A DNA stretch of 64,000 bases from Paraburkholderia sp. (lineage in GTDB: Bacteria; Pseudomonadota; Gammaproteobacteria; Burkholderiales; Burkholderiaceae), in NCBI GenBank assembly GCA_035948995.1, contig DASZIR010000069.1, positions 997 to 64,996 of the forward strand, read 5' to 3'. Numbering within the stretch: position 1 is the first letter of the stretch; every line of letters begins with the position of its first letter. The notes under the pieces were generated by a model. The model was not told the DNA's origin and searched no databases. It worked only from the letters and a program-made list of their open reading frames with translations. Below, piece after piece: positions 38,882 through 50,745 of the stretch. A program made the position numbers and the translations under genes.

Positions 38882-40135
38882 ATGAGCACCCCCCAGCAAC
38901 CTGCCGCCAGCGCACAACCGGCGAACAACGGCAAACGCAAGCGCATGATGACGTTGCTCGTCATCGTGATCCTGATTGCCGCGATCGCCTACGGACTGTA
39001 CTACTTCCTCGACGCGCGCTTCCACGAGTCGACCGACGACGCGTACGTGAACGGCAACGTCGTGCAAATCACGCCGCAAGTCACCGGCACGGTCATCGCC
39101 GTGAACGCCGACGACACGCAAACGGTCAAGGCAGGCGACCCGCTCGTCGTGCTCGACCCGGCCGATGCCCGCGTCGCGCTGCAACAGTCCGAAGCCAATC
39201 TGGGGCAGACCGTGCGCCAGGTGCGCGGCCTGTTCGCCGACGACAACCAGTACCAGGCCCAGGTGGCAGTGCGTCAGTCGGATCTGTCACGCGCCCAGGA
39301 CGACCTGCGCCGCCGCATGACGGTCGCCCAGACGGGCGCCGTGTCGCAGGAAGAAATCTCCCACGCACGCGACGCCGTGAAAAGCGCGCAGGCTGCCCTC
39401 GACGCCGCCCAGCAGCAGCTCGCATCGAACCGCGCCTTGACGGCCAATACGACGATCGCAAGCCACCCGAACGTGCAGGCCGCGGCCGCGAAGGTCCGCG
39501 ATGCGTACCTCGCGAACGCCCGCAACACGCTGCCGGCGCCGGTCACCGGCTATGTCGCGAAGCGCTCGGTGCAGGTCGGCCAGCGCGTCTCGCCGGGCAA
39601 CCCGCTAATGGCGATCGTGCCGCTGAACGCCGTGTGGGTGGACGCGAACTTCAAGGAAGTGCAACTGAAGCACATGCGCATCGGCCAGCCGGTCGAGCTG
39701 ACCGCCGACGTGTACGGCTCGTCGGTCGTGTTCCACGGCAAGGTGGTCGGTTTCTCGGCGGGCACGGGCTCGGCGTTCTCGCTGCTGCCGGCGCAAAACG
39801 CGACGGGTAACTGGATCAAGGTCGTGCAGCGCCTGCCGGTGCGCATCGAACTCGATCCGCAGGAACTGCAGAAGCATCCGCTGCGTATCGGCCTGTCGAT
39901 GAACGTCGACATCAGCATCAAGGACGAAAATGGCGGCCAGTTGGGCGATGCACAGAACACGGTCTATCAGACCAACGTGTTCGACAAGTACGGCGACGAA
40001 GCCGACGCCGAGATCGCTCGAGTCATTGCTGAAAACGCAGGCCCCAATGGTGGTAATGGTGGTCAGAGCAGTGGTCAAAGCGGTGCGCAGAAGTCGGCCG
40101 ACCGCGGCGCGAAGCCTGCCGCCAAGGCGATGTAA
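38882..40135 (+). CDS. emrA: EmrA/EmrK membrane fusion protein
   Basis: STDDAYV.GN, WVDANFKE and TGSAFSLLPAQNATGNWIKVVQR. Confidence 0.95.
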   Translation: MSTPQQPAASAQPANNGKRKRMMTLLVIVILIAAIAYGLYYFLDARFHESTDDAYVNGNVVQITPQVTGTVIAVNADDTQTVKAGDPLVVLDPADARVALQQSEANLGQTVRQVRGLFADDNQYQAQVAVRQSDLSRAQDDLRRRMTVAQTGAVSQEEISHARDAVKSAQAALDAAQQQLASNRALTANTTIASHPNVQAAAAKVRDAYLANARNTLPAPVTGYVAKRSVQVGQRVSPGNPLMAIVPLNAVWVDANFKEVQLKHMRIGQPVELTADVYGSSVVFHGKVVGFSAGTGSAFSLLPAQNATGNWIKVVQRLPVRIELDPQELQKHPLRIGLSMNVDISIKDENGGQLGDAQNTVYQTNVFDKYGDEADAEIARVIAENAGPNGGNGGQSSGQSGAQKSADRGAKPAAKAM

Positions 40136-40166
40136 GCCGCGCCACGCTTAACGAAGGCTTTTATCA

Positions 40167-41729
40167 ATGGCTCAGGCTCAGGCGCAAATCCCTCATCCGC
40201 CGTTAGAGGGGGCGCAACTGGTGATCGGCACCATCGCGGTGTCGCTCGCCGTGTTCATGAACGTGCTCGACACGTCGATTGCGAACGTATCGATCCCGTC
40301 CATTTCCGGGGATCTTGGGGTTTCGTCTGACCAGGGCACGTGGGTGATCACCTCGTTCGCGGTGGCGAACGCGATCTCCGTGCCGCTGACCGGCTGGCTC
40401 ACCGAGCGCATCGGCCAGGTGCGCCTTTTCATGGCGTCGATCGTGCTGTTCGTGATTTCGTCGTGGATGTGCGGCCTCGCGCCGACGCTGCCCTTCCTGC
40501 TCGCCTCGCGCGTGTTGCAAGGCGCGGTGGCCGGTCCGATGATTCCGTTGTCGCAGACGCTGCTGCTCGCGAGCTACCCACGCGCCAAGGCGCCGATGGC
40601 GCTTTCGATGTGGGCGATGACCACCCTGATCGCGCCGGTCGCCGGGCCGATTCTGGGCGGCTGGATCTCGGACAACATCTCGTGGCCGTGGATCTTCTAC
40701 GTCAACATCCCGGTGGGCACGATCGCCGCGCTGGCGACATGGTCGATCTTCCGAAATCGCGATTCGGTGATCCGCAAGGCGCCGATCGACGGCGTCGGAC
40801 TCGGCTTGCTGATCGTCTGGGTCGGCTCGCTGCAGGTGATGCTCGACAAGGGCAAGGACCTCGACTGGTTCTCCAGCACCACCATCGTGGTGCTGGCGCT
40901 GACCGCCGTGATTGCGCTTGCGTTTTTCATTGTCTGGGAGCTGACCGCGGAGCATCCGGTCGTGGACCTGTCGCTGTTCAGCAAGCGTAACTTCACCGGC
41001 GGCACGGTGGCGCTGTCGATCGGCTACGGGCTCTACTTCGGCAACCTGGTGCTGTTGCCGCTGTGGCTGCAGACCGACATCGGCTACACCGCGACGGATG
41101 CCGGGCTCGTGATGGCGCCGGTCGGCCTGTTCGCCGTGCTGCTGTCGCCCGTCACCGGCAAGATCTTGCCGCGTACCGATCCGCGCTATATCGCCACCCT
41201 GTCGTTCCTGGTGTTTGCGCTGTGCTTCTGGATGCGCTCGCGATATACGACCGGCGTGGATGAGTTTTCGCTGCTGCTGCCCACGCTGATCCAGGGCATC
41301 GCCATGGCCGGGTTCTTTATTCCGCTGGTGTCGATCACGCTGTCGGGCTTACCGGGCAACCGGATTCCGGCGGCATCGGGTTTGTCGAACTTCGTGCGGA
41401 TCATGTGCGGCGGCATCGGCACGTCGATCTTCCAGACCGCCTGGGATCACCGCACGATCCTGCACCACGCGCAACTGACCGAACAGGCCAATGCGTACAA
41501 CCCGGTGTTCGATCAGTCGATTCGTCAGATGGGTGCAGCAGGCTTCAACCAGCCGCAGGCGTACGGCCTCTTTAACAACATGGCGTCGCAACAGGCCGCG
41601 CAGTTGGGGGTGAACGACCTGTTCTTCATCTCGGCGGGGATCTTCGTCGCGCTGATCGCGTTGATCTGGATCACCAAGCCCGAGCGCGCGGGCGGTGACG
41701 CCGGCGCGGCGGCTGCGGCGGTGCATTGA
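40167..41729 (+). CDS. emrB: DHA2 MFS efflux permease EmrB
   Basis: FMNVLDTSIANV, QGTWVITSF, PILGGWISDN and LDKGKDLDWF. Confidence 0.95.
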   Translation: MAQAQAQIPHPPLEGAQLVIGTIAVSLAVFMNVLDTSIANVSIPSISGDLGVSSDQGTWVITSFAVANAISVPLTGWLTERIGQVRLFMASIVLFVISSWMCGLAPTLPFLLASRVLQGAVAGPMIPLSQTLLLASYPRAKAPMALSMWAMTTLIAPVAGPILGGWISDNISWPWIFYVNIPVGTIAALATWSIFRNRDSVIRKAPIDGVGLGLLIVWVGSLQVMLDKGKDLDWFSSTTIVVLALTAVIALAFFIVWELTAEHPVVDLSLFSKRNFTGGTVALSIGYGLYFGNLVLLPLWLQTDIGYTATDAGLVMAPVGLFAVLLSPVTGKILPRTDPRYIATLSFLVFALCFWMRSRYTTGVDEFSLLLPTLIQGIAMAGFFIPLVSITLSGLPGNRIPAASGLSNFVRIMCGGIGTSIFQTAWDHRTILHHAQLTEQANAYNPVFDQSIRQMGAAGFNQPQAYGLFNNMASQQAAQLGVNDLFFISAGIFVALIALIWITKPERAGGDAGAAAAAVH

Positions 41730-41802
41730 CGCTTGATGTTGTATTGAACACGGCGCTTGAGCAGGTTTAACGCGCCGTCTTCACATCAGGCCAGCGGCAA
41801 AG

Positions 41803-41840
41803 AAAAAGGCGGTACCGCAGTGATGCGGTACCGCCTTTTC
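41803..41840. terminator. Bidirectional terminator between emrB and truB
   Basis: AAAAAGGCGGTACCGCA-gtga-TGCGGTACCGCCTTTT. Confidence 0.85.
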
Positions 41841-41860
41841 TGTTTCCCTCGGGTCGCGTG

Positions 41861-42796
41861 TTAGCTCGCCGCAGTCACCACCAATCGCTCCGGCGCCAGC
41901 ACGCCCTCACCCAGCTTCGCGACGCCAAGCAGTTTCCCCTCTGCAGCATAGACGCGCACGCGCTCCGCGTTCACTGCCTCGCCAGTCAGGCCGAGGTCGG
42001 CCAGACGCAGGCGCTGGCCGTGCAGGAAGCGGCGCGTCGCCTCGGCATCGAGCTGCACTGCAGGGCAGGTCGACAGCAACGCGTCGACCGGTTGCAGCCA
42101 TGTATCGCGCTCGCTTTCGGCAGCGTCGGACAGCGCGTCGAGCGTCACCGCATGTTCCAGCGTCAACGCGCCGACGCCGGTGCGCCTCAGCGCAACCAGA
42201 TGCGCGCCGCAGCCCAGCGCCTCGCCGATGTCTTCAGCGAGCGTGCGCACATAGGTACCCTTGCTGCACGTCACGCGAAACGTCACGTCCGGTAGCGCGC
42301 AGGCGAGCAGATCGAGTGCGTGAATCCTCACCTGCCGCCCTTCCCGCTCGACCACCTGACCCGCTCGCGCATACTCGTACAACGGCTTGCCGTCGCGCTT
42401 GAGCGCCGAATACATCGGCGGCACCTGGACGATGTCGCCGCGAAAGCGCGCCAGCGCAGCCTCCACCGCCGGCTGACCGCAGGTCACTGCGCGCGTTTCG
42501 ACCGCCTCGCCTTCGGCGTCGCCGGTCGTCGTGCGAATGCCGAGGCGCATGGTGGCCTCATAGGTCTTGTCGGCTTCGAGCAGGTCCTGCGAGAACTTGG
42601 TCGCCTCGCCGAAACACAGCGGCAGCAAACCGGAAGCGAGCGGATCGAGCGTGCCGGTATGCCCGGCTTTCTTCGCCAGATAGAGACGCTTCGCACGAAT
42701 CAGCGCGTCGTTGCTCGACAGGCCGATGGGCTTGTCGAGCAGCAACACACCGTCGAGCGCGCGGCGCGGCACACGGGGCCGTTGAGGTGCTGTCAT
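41861..42796 (-). CDS. truB: tRNA pseudouridine(55) synthase
   Basis: LLDKP.G.SSN, GHTGTLDPLASG and CSKGTYVRTL. Confidence 0.97.
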   Translation of the reverse strand: MTAPQRPRVPRRALDGVLLLDKPIGLSSNDALIRAKRLYLAKKAGHTGTLDPLASGLLPLCFGEATKFSQDLLEADKTYEATMRLGIRTTTGDAEGEAVETRAVTCGQPAVEAALARFRGDIVQVPPMYSALKRDGKPLYEYARAGQVVEREGRQVRIHALDLLACALPDVTFRVTCSKGTYVRTLAEDIGEALGCGAHLVALRRTGVGALTLEHAVTLDALSDAAESERDTWLQPVDALLSTCPAVQLDAEATRRFLHGQRLRLADLGLTGEAVNAERVRVYAAEGKLLGVAKLGEGVLAPERLVVTAAS

Positions 42797-42848
42797 GTCA
42801 GAAAAATCAGGGCGAACGGAAAATCGGCAGTACGGAAAACGTGCGCAA

Positions 42849-43214
42849 TCAGTCTTCTTTCGCGCGACTGGCGTTCGCCTCGTCGATCAGGCGTGACATT
42901 TCCACCGCCCGCTCGATCGTCTTGTCGTAGTGGAAATGCAGCGTCGGCACCGTGTGGATATGCAGGCGCTTGAACAACTGATTGTGCAGATGGCCGGCGG
43001 CGTGCACGAGCGCCTCGAGCGTCTGCTGCGGGTCGCCGGTCAGCGTCGTGAAGTAGACCTTCGCGTGCGCATAGTCCGGCGTCAGCTCGACGCTCTGGAT
43101 CGTCACGATACCGATGCGCGGATCCTTGACCTCGCGCAGCAGCTCGGACAGGTCGCGCTGGATCTGATCGGCGATCTGCACGTTGCGATTGGGGGAAGTA
43201 CGTTTCTTAGGCAT
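42849..43214 (-). CDS. rbfA: Ribosome-binding factor A
   Basis: VKDPRI..VT...[13 protein letters not shown] and VPTLHFHYD; lies between infB and truB. Confidence 0.96.
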   Translation of the reverse strand: MPKKRTSPNRNVQIADQIQRDLSELLREVKDPRIGIVTIQSVELTPDYAHAKVYFTTLTGDPQQTLEALVHAAGHLHNQLFKRLHIHTVPTLHFHYDKTIERAVEMSRLIDEANASRAKED

Positions 43215-43355
43215 GGTGAATCCGTGATCCGTTTGATCGGATAGCAATAGTGTTCGCGCCTCGGCAGCGGGACGCTGCGAGCGCGAACGGCAGGCACAAA
43301 AACAAGGGGCGGAGGGGCTAAGCGCCCGCCCCGCCCCTTCAGCGTTGCGCCTGGA

Positions 43356-46283
43356 TTACAGCGTACGCGCGACTTCGGTGACCTCGAAGACTTCGAACTG
43401 ATCGCCTTCGACGATATCGTTGAAGTTCCTGATCGACATACCGCACTCGAAGCCCTGACGCACTTCCTTCACATCGTCCTTGAAGCGCTTGAGCGAATCG
43501 AGCTCGCCCGTGTGAATCACGACGTTGTTGCGCAGCACGCGCACCGACGACGAGCGCTTGACGAAGCCGTCCGTGACCATACAGCCGGCCACTGCGCCGA
43601 TCTTCGGTACCTTGAAGACCTGACGCACTTCGACCATGCCGGTCACGACTTCGCGCTTCTCCGGTGCCAGCATGCCCGACATCGCGGCCTTCACGTCATC
43701 CACAGCGTCATAGATGATGTTGTAGTAGCGAATATCGATACCGTTGGCTTCCGCGAGCTTGCGCGCCTGCGCATCCGCACGGGTGTTGAAGCCGATGATG
43801 ACCGCTTTCGAAGCCGTGGCCAGGTTGACGTCGTTTTCGCTGATGCCACCCACCGCGCCGTGCACGATCTGCACGCGCACTTCGTCGGTCGACAGCTTTT
43901 GCAGCGACTGCACCAGCGCCTCCTGCGAGCCCTGCACGTCGGCCTTGACGATGAGCGGCAGGTACTGCACTTCGCCTTCGCCCATCTGCTCCAGCATGTT
44001 CTCGAGCTTGGCGGCCTGTTGCTTGGCCAGCTTGACGTCGCGGAACTTGCCCTGACGGAACAGCGCAACTTCACGCGCCTTGCGGTCGTCCGGCATCACG
44101 ATGACTTCTTCGCCAGCCTGCGGCACTTCCGACAGACCTTGAATCTCAACCGGGATCGACGGGCCGGCCGCCTTGGTCGGCTTGCCGGTTTCGTCGAGCA
44201 TGGCACGCACGCGGCCATAGGCGCTGCCTGCGAGCACGACGTCGCCGCGGTTCAGCGTACCTGACTGGACCAGGATCGTTGCAACCGGACCCTTACCCTT
44301 GTCGAGCTTCGCTTCAATCACGAGACCCTTGGCCGGCGCTTCGACCGGAGCCTTCAGCTCCAGCACTTCGGCCTGCAGCAGCACGTTTTCGAGCAGGTCG
44401 TCGATGCCTGCGCCGGTCTTCGCCGACACCGACACGAACGGCGAATCGCCACCGTATTCTTCCGGCACGACGCCTTCCGCGACGAGTTCCTGCTTCACGC
44501 GCTCCGGATTCGCATCCGGCTTGTCGATCTTGTTGATTGCGACGACGAGCGGCACGCCGCCAGCCTTCGCGTGGGCGATCGCTTCCTTCGTCTGCGGCAT
44601 CACGCCGTCGTCGGCTGCGACCACCAGAATCACGATGTCGGTGGCCTTCGCACCGCGGGCACGCATGGCCGTAAAGGCCTCGTGACCCGGCGTGTCGAGG
44701 AACGTGATGACGCCGCGCGGCGTTTCGACGTGGTATGCGCCGATATGCTGCGTAATTCCGCCCGCTTCACCCGCTGCCACCTTGGCACGGCGAATGTAGT
44801 CGAGCAGCGAGGTCTTGCCGTGGTCGACGTGACCCATCACCGTCACAACCGGCGGACGCGGCAACAGTTCTGCGTCGGTGGCTTCGCCTTCGACCAGCAT
44901 CGCCTCCGGATCGTCCAGCTTCGCCGCGACCGCGTGGTGGCCCAGCTCTTCGACGATGATCATCGCCGTTTCCTGGTCCAGCATCTGGTTGATCGTGACC
45001 ATCTGGCCGAGCTTCATCATCGACTTGATGACCTCCGACGCCTTCACGGCCATCTTGTGCGCGAGATCCGCAACCGTAATGGTTTCCGGCACGTGCACTT
45101 CACGCACGATCGGTTCGGTCGGCGCCTGGAACGTGGTGTTCTGATCCTGATGCTTGCCGCGACCCTTCGGGCCGCCGCGCCAGCCGCGATCCACCCCGCC
45201 GCTCGTATCGCCACGCGTCTTGATGCCGCGGCGCTTCGCTGCGTCGTCCTGCCAGCCGCCCTTGCCGGCGCCCGGCTTCTTCTTGTCGCCAGCCGCCGGT
45301 GCCGTCGTTGCAGCCGGTGCTGCCACAGCCGGCTTCTTCGCCGCCGGCCGCGCCGGAGCCTCACCTGCCGGACGTGCCGGCTTGTGCAGCGTGCCCTTGG
45401 CTTCTACAGCCTTGGGCGCTTCGACCGGCTTCACTTCCGCCGGCGCCGGTTCAGGTGCCTTGACCTGGACCTTGCGCGGCGTGCTCATCATCTCGCGAAT
45501 CGCCCGGGCTTCGGCTTCAGCCGCCGCCCGGCGCTTGCCGATTTCGGCCTGCTCGGCGCGCGTCTTCTCAGCGGCCTGACGCGCTGCGTCTTCCGCCTTC
45601 TTTGCGGCTTCGCGTTGCGCGGCGCGCTCTGCTGCGGCACGCTCGTCGTCCTGTTCGGTTGCGGCAGGCGCGGGCGTCGCGGCTTGCACCACCTGCGCGG
45701 CCTTCTTCTGAGCCGCGGCTTCCGCTGCAGCGGCAGCGCGCTTCTTCGCCGCTTCCTCTTCCGCGCGGCGACGTTCGGCCTCGGCCGACTGTTCGCGCGC
45801 CTGGCGCTCGGCTTCCTCGCGCTCCAGTTGCTCCTGGCGCGCCTTCAGCTCTTGCGCCTGCTTTTCGAGCAGCTCGGCTTCGTGGCGCGCTTCTTCTTCG
45901 CGCCGCTGAAGTTCGATGTCGTCCGTATCGTTCTCGGCCTCGGCCACATGATTCGATGCATCGCCGCCTTCGCCGCCCGCTTCATCGCGGCGGACGAACG
46001 TGCGCTTCTTGCGCACCTCGACCTGAATGGTGCGAGCCTTACCCGTCGCGTCGGATTGCTTGATCTCCGACGTATGCCGTTTCGTCAGCGTGATCTTGCG
46101 CTTGTCCGCATCAGTCGAGCCGTGAGACTTACGCAAGTGGTCGAGCAGACGCGCCTTGTCCGTCTCGGACAGGGTGTCGTCTTCGCTCGCTTTGGTGACG
46201 CCCGCCGCCTGCAGCTGCTCGAGCAGCACGCCTGCAGGCATTTTCAGTTCCGCGGCAAATTGGGCTACGTTGTTACTCGCCAT
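43356..46283 (-). CDS. infB: Translation initiation factor IF-2
   Basis: [29 protein letters not shown] and [12 protein letters not shown]. Confidence 0.98.
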   Translation of the reverse strand: MASNNVAQFAAELKMPAGVLLEQLQAAGVTKASEDDTLSETDKARLLDHLRKSHGSTDADKRKITLTKRHTSEIKQSDATGKARTIQVEVRKKRTFVRRDEAGGEGGDASNHVAEAENDTDDIELQRREEEARHEAELLEKQAQELKARQEQLEREEAERQAREQSAEAERRRAEEEAAKKRAAAAAEAAAQKKAAQVVQAATPAPAATEQDDERAAAERAAQREAAKKAEDAARQAAEKTRAEQAEIGKRRAAAEAEARAIREMMSTPRKVQVKAPEPAPAEVKPVEAPKAVEAKGTLHKPARPAGEAPARPAAKKPAVAAPAATTAPAAGDKKKPGAGKGGWQDDAAKRRGIKTRGDTSGGVDRGWRGGPKGRGKHQDQNTTFQAPTEPIVREVHVPETITVADLAHKMAVKASEVIKSMMKLGQMVTINQMLDQETAMIIVEELGHHAVAAKLDDPEAMLVEGEATDAELLPRPPVVTVMGHVDHGKTSLLDYIRRAKVAAGEAGGITQHIGAYHVETPRGVITFLDTPGHEAFTAMRARGAKATDIVILVVAADDGVMPQTKEAIAHAKAGGVPLVVAINKIDKPDANPERVKQELVAEGVVPEEYGGDSPFVSVSAKTGAGIDDLLENVLLQAEVLELKAPVEAPAKGLVIEAKLDKGKGPVATILVQSGTLNRGDVVLAGSAYGRVRAMLDETGKPTKAAGPSIPVEIQGLSEVPQAGEEVIVMPDDRKAREVALFRQGKFRDVKLAKQQAAKLENMLEQMGEGEVQYLPLIVKADVQGSQEALVQSLQKLSTDEVRVQIVHGAVGGISENDVNLATASKAVIIGFNTRADAQARKLAEANGIDIRYYNIIYDAVDDVKAAMSGMLAPEKREVVTGMVEVRQVFKVPKIGAVAGCMVTDGFVKRSSSVRVLRNNVVIHTGELDSLKRFKDDVKEVRQGFECGMSIRNFNDIVEGDQFEVFEVTEVARTL

Positions 46284-46377
46284 TCATTCCTCTTAATGCA
46301 AGGACCGATTCCTTGCGGTTAGCATCGGGTCATGCGGCCTGACGGCCGCGTTCAATTTAGTGCGCCATGGTCATTTC

Positions 46378-47853
46378 TCACTGGAACCAATGTTCACGTG
46401 CTTTCATGATCAACGCCTTAGCGGCATCCTCTTCCATTCCGGTCATCTCGACCAATTCATCTACAGCCAGCTCGGCCAGATCGTCACGCGTGTGAATCTG
46501 GTGTTCCGCCAGCCTGGCGAGCAGGTCGGCGTCGATGCCGTCCAGGCTCTTCAGGTCGAGTGCGACATTCTCGACCTTTTCTTCATTCGCGATCGCCATC
46601 GTCAGCAATGCATCGCGCGAGCGATTGCGCAGTTCGTGAACGGTATCTTCGTCAAACGCTTCGATCTCGAGCATCTCGTTGAGCGGCACATAGGCGATCT
46701 CTTCGAGACTCGTAAAGCCCTCGTCGATCAGGATGTCAGCCACTTCTTCGTCGACATCGAGACGCGCCATGAACAGGTCACGCAGTACACCGCGTTCCTG
46801 ATTCTGCTTTTGCGCAGATTCGTCCGGCGTCATGATATTGATCTGCCAGCCGGTGAGTTCGCTGGCAAGACGCACGTTCTGGCCGCTACGGCCGATTGCG
46901 ACCGCCAGTTCGTTCTCGTCGACGACGACGTCCATCGAATGCTTCTCTTCATCGACGACGATCGACTGCACGGCTGCCGGCGCGAGCGCGCCGATCACAA
47001 ACTGGGCGGGATCCTCCGACCATAGCACGATGTCGACGTTTTCGCCACCGAGCTCGTTACGCACCGCCTGCACGCGCGAGCCGCGAATGCCGACGCAGGT
47101 GCCGATCGGATCGATGCGCTTGTCGTACGCGACCACGCCGATCTTGGCGCGCACGCCCGGATCACGCGCGGCGGCCTTGATTTCGAGCAGGCCCTGCTCG
47201 ATTTCCGGCACTTCCATCTCGAACAGCTTCATCAGGAATTCAGGCGCCGTACGCGAGAGTTCGATCTGCGGACCGCGAGCGGTGCGATCGACCTTGGCGA
47301 TGTAGGCGCGCACGCGGTCGCCCACGCGCAGGTTTTCCTTCGGAATCAGCTGGTCGCGACGCAGCAGCGCTTCGACACGGCCCGATTCGACAATGAAATT
47401 ACCCTTGTCGAGGCGCTTGACCGTACCGGTCATGATGTTCTCGCCGCGCTCGAGGAAGTCGTTCAGGATCTGCTCGCGCTCGGCGTCACGCACCTTCTGC
47501 AGGATCACCTGCTTGGCGGCCTGCGCACCGATACGGCCGAATTCGATCGACGGCACCGGTTCTTCGATGTAATCGTCGAGTTGCGCGTCGGGCTTCTGCT
47601 CACGCGCTTCGAACAGCAGGATTTCCTGATCCGGCTCCTGCAGGCCGGCTTCGTCCGGCACGACGCGCCAGCGGCGAAACGTTTCGTGCTCACCGCTTTC
47701 ACGGTCGATATGGACGCGGATGTCCGCGTCTTCTTCGAAGAGTTTCTTGGAGGCCGAAGCGAGAGCCGCCTCAAGCGCGGCAAATACCACGTCTTTGTCG
47801 ACGTTCTTCTCGCGTGCCAGCGCATCCACCAGCATCAACACTTCGCGACTCAT
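46378..47853 (-). CDS. nusA: Transcription termination factor NusA
   Basis: [19 protein letters not shown] and [12 protein letters not shown]. Confidence 0.98.
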   Translation of the reverse strand: MSREVLMLVDALAREKNVDKDVVFAALEAALASASKKLFEEDADIRVHIDRESGEHETFRRWRVVPDEAGLQEPDQEILLFEAREQKPDAQLDDYIEEPVPSIEFGRIGAQAAKQVILQKVRDAEREQILNDFLERGENIMTGTVKRLDKGNFIVESGRVEALLRRDQLIPKENLRVGDRVRAYIAKVDRTARGPQIELSRTAPEFLMKLFEMEVPEIEQGLLEIKAAARDPGVRAKIGVVAYDKRIDPIGTCVGIRGSRVQAVRNELGGENVDIVLWSEDPAQFVIGALAPAAVQSIVVDEEKHSMDVVVDENELAVAIGRSGQNVRLASELTGWQINIMTPDESAQKQNQERGVLRDLFMARLDVDEEVADILIDEGFTSLEEIAYVPLNEMLEIEAFDEDTVHELRNRSRDALLTMAIANEEKVENVALDLKSLDGIDADLLARLAEHQIHTRDDLAELAVDELVEMTGMEEDAAKALIMKAREHWFQ

Positions 47854-48308
47854 TGTTTGCGGCTCCTAAAGTCAACTTTCGGAACGAGGCGTGCTTTATC
47901 GATGTCCGCGAGCGTGAAATCGAGCATCGCGGCGCCTTCCTTCCCTTCAAATTCCAGACCGATCGTCTCGCCTTCGGGTGCATGCAGGATGCCCCGGTAC
48001 GATTTCCGTCCGTCCAATGGCTTTTTCAATGTGATGACCACTTCGCTGCCTGCGAAGCGTTCGAAATCCGCGAGTTTCTTCAGCGGGCGGTCGAGACCCG
48101 GCGACGAGACTTCAAGCCGCTCGTAATCGATATTTTCGACCGTCAGAACGTGCTGGAGCTGACGCGTGACTTTCTCGCAGTCTTCGATCGCAATGCCGGC
48201 CGGCTGGTCGATGTAAATGCACAACATGCCGCGCCCGGTGCGCTCGAGATCGACGAGCTCGTAGCCGAGTCCCACGACCGTGGTTTCAATCAGTTCCGTC
48301 AGTTGCAC
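47850..48308 (-). CDS. rimP: Ribosome maturation factor RimP
   Basis: IEDCEKV and [12 protein letters not shown]; GTG start; upstream of nusA. Confidence 0.96.
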   Translation of the reverse strand: MQLTELIETTVVGLGYELVDLERTGRGMLCIYIDQPAGIAIEDCEKVTRQLQHVLTVENIDYERLEVSSPGLDRPLKKLADFERFAGSEVVITLKKPLDGRKSYRGILHAPEGETIGLEFEGKEGAAMLDFTLADIDKARLVPKVDFRSRKQ

Positions 48309-48420
48309 AGTGCCCTCTAAGATGTTCGCGCGGCGAGCCTGCGATACATCATTGCGGGCCGCACGCCAGGCCGGCGCACGTTCGTGCTACCCGAGATGCC
48401 GAACCACAAACTGAAGCGGC

Positions 48421-48446
48421 AAAAAAAAATGGGCGAAACGCCCATC
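48421..48446 (-). terminator. rimP leader terminator/attenuator
   Basis: Minus strand ATGGGCG-TTT-CGCCCAT followed by a long T run, lying between the promoter and rimP. Confidence 0.75.
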
Positions 48447-48509
48447 ATCTTATTGCCGGTGGTCGCACCTGAGCCGCACATGAAAAGCCGCACGCCCAGC
48501 GACTTTGCG

Positions 48510-48538
48510 ATTGTAGCCATTTTTCAGGACAAACGCAA
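48510..48538 (-). promoter_or_regulatory. Sigma70 promoter of rimP-nusA-infB operon
   Basis: Minus strand TTGCGT-N17-TACAAT. Confidence 0.65.
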
Positions 48539-48851
48539 ACCGCCGGGGCGCGCGAGACGCGCATTTCCGCTTGATTTCACTGCAATCTTTTGCAGAGATG
48601 GGGGCGCAAAGGGCCTTATGCAAGGTATTCGCCGTGACTCACAGGGCTCGATCGCGAGCGGCTGGCGCTCGCATCCGGCACTGTTTTTTGCGCGTACGTT
48701 GCGTACGCTCCGATTCTACGTACGAGCTACGTACGAGCGGCCCCACTGAATCCAATGCATGGGCAACGCCACCAACGACCGCGTTGCATTGCGGCGGCGC
48801 ACCGGAACCACTGCTCAGCGGCTACCCGGTCCGGCTTGCCACGACGACTGT

Positions 48852-50684
48852 CTAGCGACCGCGCGAGCGGCCACGCGGACCACCGCCGCCGCGATTCGCT
48901 CCGGCGTTCGGATTGCCGCCACCCGAGCGGTTGGCGTTGCCACCACGATTGCCGCCCGGCGCGCGACCGCCGCCGCTGCTGGGGTTGCCGCCAGGCGTGC
49001 CAGCGCGCTTGCCGCCGCCCGCCGCACGATTGCCGGCACCCGAGGGAGCCCGATTGCCGTCGACGTCACGCCCGCCCCCGCCGCGCTGTGCGCCCGCACC
49101 GCTGCCGCTGCTCATGGGGCCGGTAAAGCCTGCGCTGCCGCCCCGGCCCGCGCCGCGGCCATAGCCGCCGCCAAAACCGGAACCCGTGCCGCCGAAGCCG
49201 CCACCTGCCGCGCCGCGCCGCGGTCCGCCACGCGGCGGCTGCTGGTCAAAACGGCCATGCGACATCAGCACCGGCTCGCGATTGATGAAGCCCATCGAAG
49301 TCTGCATCGGGTCCGGCTGCTTGCGCTCCGGCGCCGGGCCACGAGCGCCCTTCTCTTCGCTGGTCGCTTTCAGGCCAACCGATGCCATCAGACTGCGCAC
49401 CTGGTTGTCTTCCAGCTCTTCCCAACGGCCGCGCTTGAGGCCCTTCGGCAGCGAGATCGGGCCATGACGCGTACGGATCAACCGGCTCACCATCAGGCCA
49501 GCCGCTTCGAACATGCGGCGCACTTCGCGGTTGCGGCCTTCGGCCAGCGCGACGTGATACCAGTGATTGGTGCCTTCGCCTCCGCCATCGCGAATGCGCA
49601 GGAAATTTGCCGGACCGTCTTCAAGCTCGACGCCGTGCAACAGCTTTTGACGCATCCCTTCAGCCAGCTCGCCGACCACCCGCACCGCATACTCACGCTC
49701 GACGCTGTAACGCGGATGCATGAAACGGTTCGCCAGATCGCCCGAGGTGGTCAGCATCAGCAGACCTTCGGTGTTGAAATCGAGACGGCCCACCGCGAGC
49801 CACTTGGCGGTTTTCATCGGCGGCAGCTTGTCGAACACCGACGGACGGCCTTCCGGGTCCGCGTGGCTGACGATTTCGCCGGTCGGTTTGTGATACAGCA
49901 GCACGCGCGGCGGTTTGTTCTGCAGCTTGCGCTTGACCGGCTTGCCATTGATGCGGACCTGGTCAGTCGGCATGATGCGCTGGCCGATATGGGCCGGCTC
50001 GCCGTTGACCGACACGCGCCCGGCAATGATCAGCTCTTCCATATCGCGGCGCGAACCCATGCCCGCTTCGGCAAGCACCTTGTGCAGCTTGGGCGCGTCG
50101 TCATCCGGCGACAGCACGCGCTTGGGCGCGGCAGGCTTGCCACGGCGCAGCATCGGGGCGCGCACGCCGCCGGTGGTGCTGTTGTCCGCGTCGAACGCGG
50201 GCGAGGTCACATAGGAGAACAGGTCATCCTGGCCGGCGTCCGGCGCCGCAACCGCAGCCGGTGCGTCGCCACGGCGATTCTGGCGGCCGCGGCCGCCTTC
50301 ACGGGGTTGGCCGCCTTCGCGCGGCTGGCCAGCTTCGCGTTTGGCACCGGCATTGCGGCGCGGCCCTTGCCCCTTCGAGCCGGGCTCCTTGCGCGGCATG
50401 CGAACCTGCGCGACGACCTCGCCGTCCGGCGGCGCTTCCGTCACGGCCGGCTCAGGCGCGCCCTCTGCGCCCTTGGCCTTCGCCCCCGCGCGGCGCCGCG
50501 CGATCAGGCTGCGCGGCCCGCGGCGCAGTCCGCGGCGCGGACGGTCTTCGCCCTCGGCGCCTTCAGCCTGGGCCGGGCGATCGGACTCGCCTGCCGACGC
50601 TTGCGAAGTACGCGTTTCGTCGGCACGCGCGGATTGCACGGCGTGCTCGGATTCGGACGAATCGGTGTCGTGGGTATCTGTCAA
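48852..50684 (-). CDS. rluB: 23S rRNA pseudouridine synthase RluB with long low-complexity tails
   Basis: [16 protein letters not shown]4 domain, [12 protein letters not shown] and [12 protein letters not shown]. Confidence 0.93.
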   Translation of the reverse strand: MTDTHDTDSSESEHAVQSARADETRTSQASAGESDRPAQAEGAEGEDRPRRGLRRGPRSLIARRRAGAKAKGAEGAPEPAVTEAPPDGEVVAQVRMPRKEPGSKGQGPRRNAGAKREAGQPREGGQPREGGRGRQNRRGDAPAAVAAPDAGQDDLFSYVTSPAFDADNSTTGGVRAPMLRRGKPAAPKRVLSPDDDAPKLHKVLAEAGMGSRRDMEELIIAGRVSVNGEPAHIGQRIMPTDQVRINGKPVKRKLQNKPPRVLLYHKPTGEIVSHADPEGRPSVFDKLPPMKTAKWLAVGRLDFNTEGLLMLTTSGDLANRFMHPRYSVEREYAVRVVGELAEGMRQKLLHGVELEDGPANFLRIRDGGGEGTNHWYHVALAEGRNREVRRMFEAAGLMVSRLIRTRHGPISLPKGLKRGRWEELEDNQVRSLMASVGLKATSEEKGARGPAPERKQPDPMQTSMGFINREPVLMSHGRFDQQPPRGGPRRGAAGGGFGGTGSGFGGGYGRGAGRGGSAGFTGPMSSGSGAGAQRGGGGRDVDGNRAPSGAGNRAAGGGKRAGTPGGNPSSGGGRAPGGNRGGNANRSGGGNPNAGANRGGGGPRGRSRGR

Positions 50685-50745
50685 AACAACCTCAAAATGT
50701 CAGGTCGCGCGCGCCCATTGCGGGCGCGGCAAAAGTTCGGTTACG

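Noticed and set aside
48309-48850. tRNA-Met upstream of rimP, as in E. coli
   Set aside because: No cloverleaf, TTCRA loop or CCA-ended stem visible.
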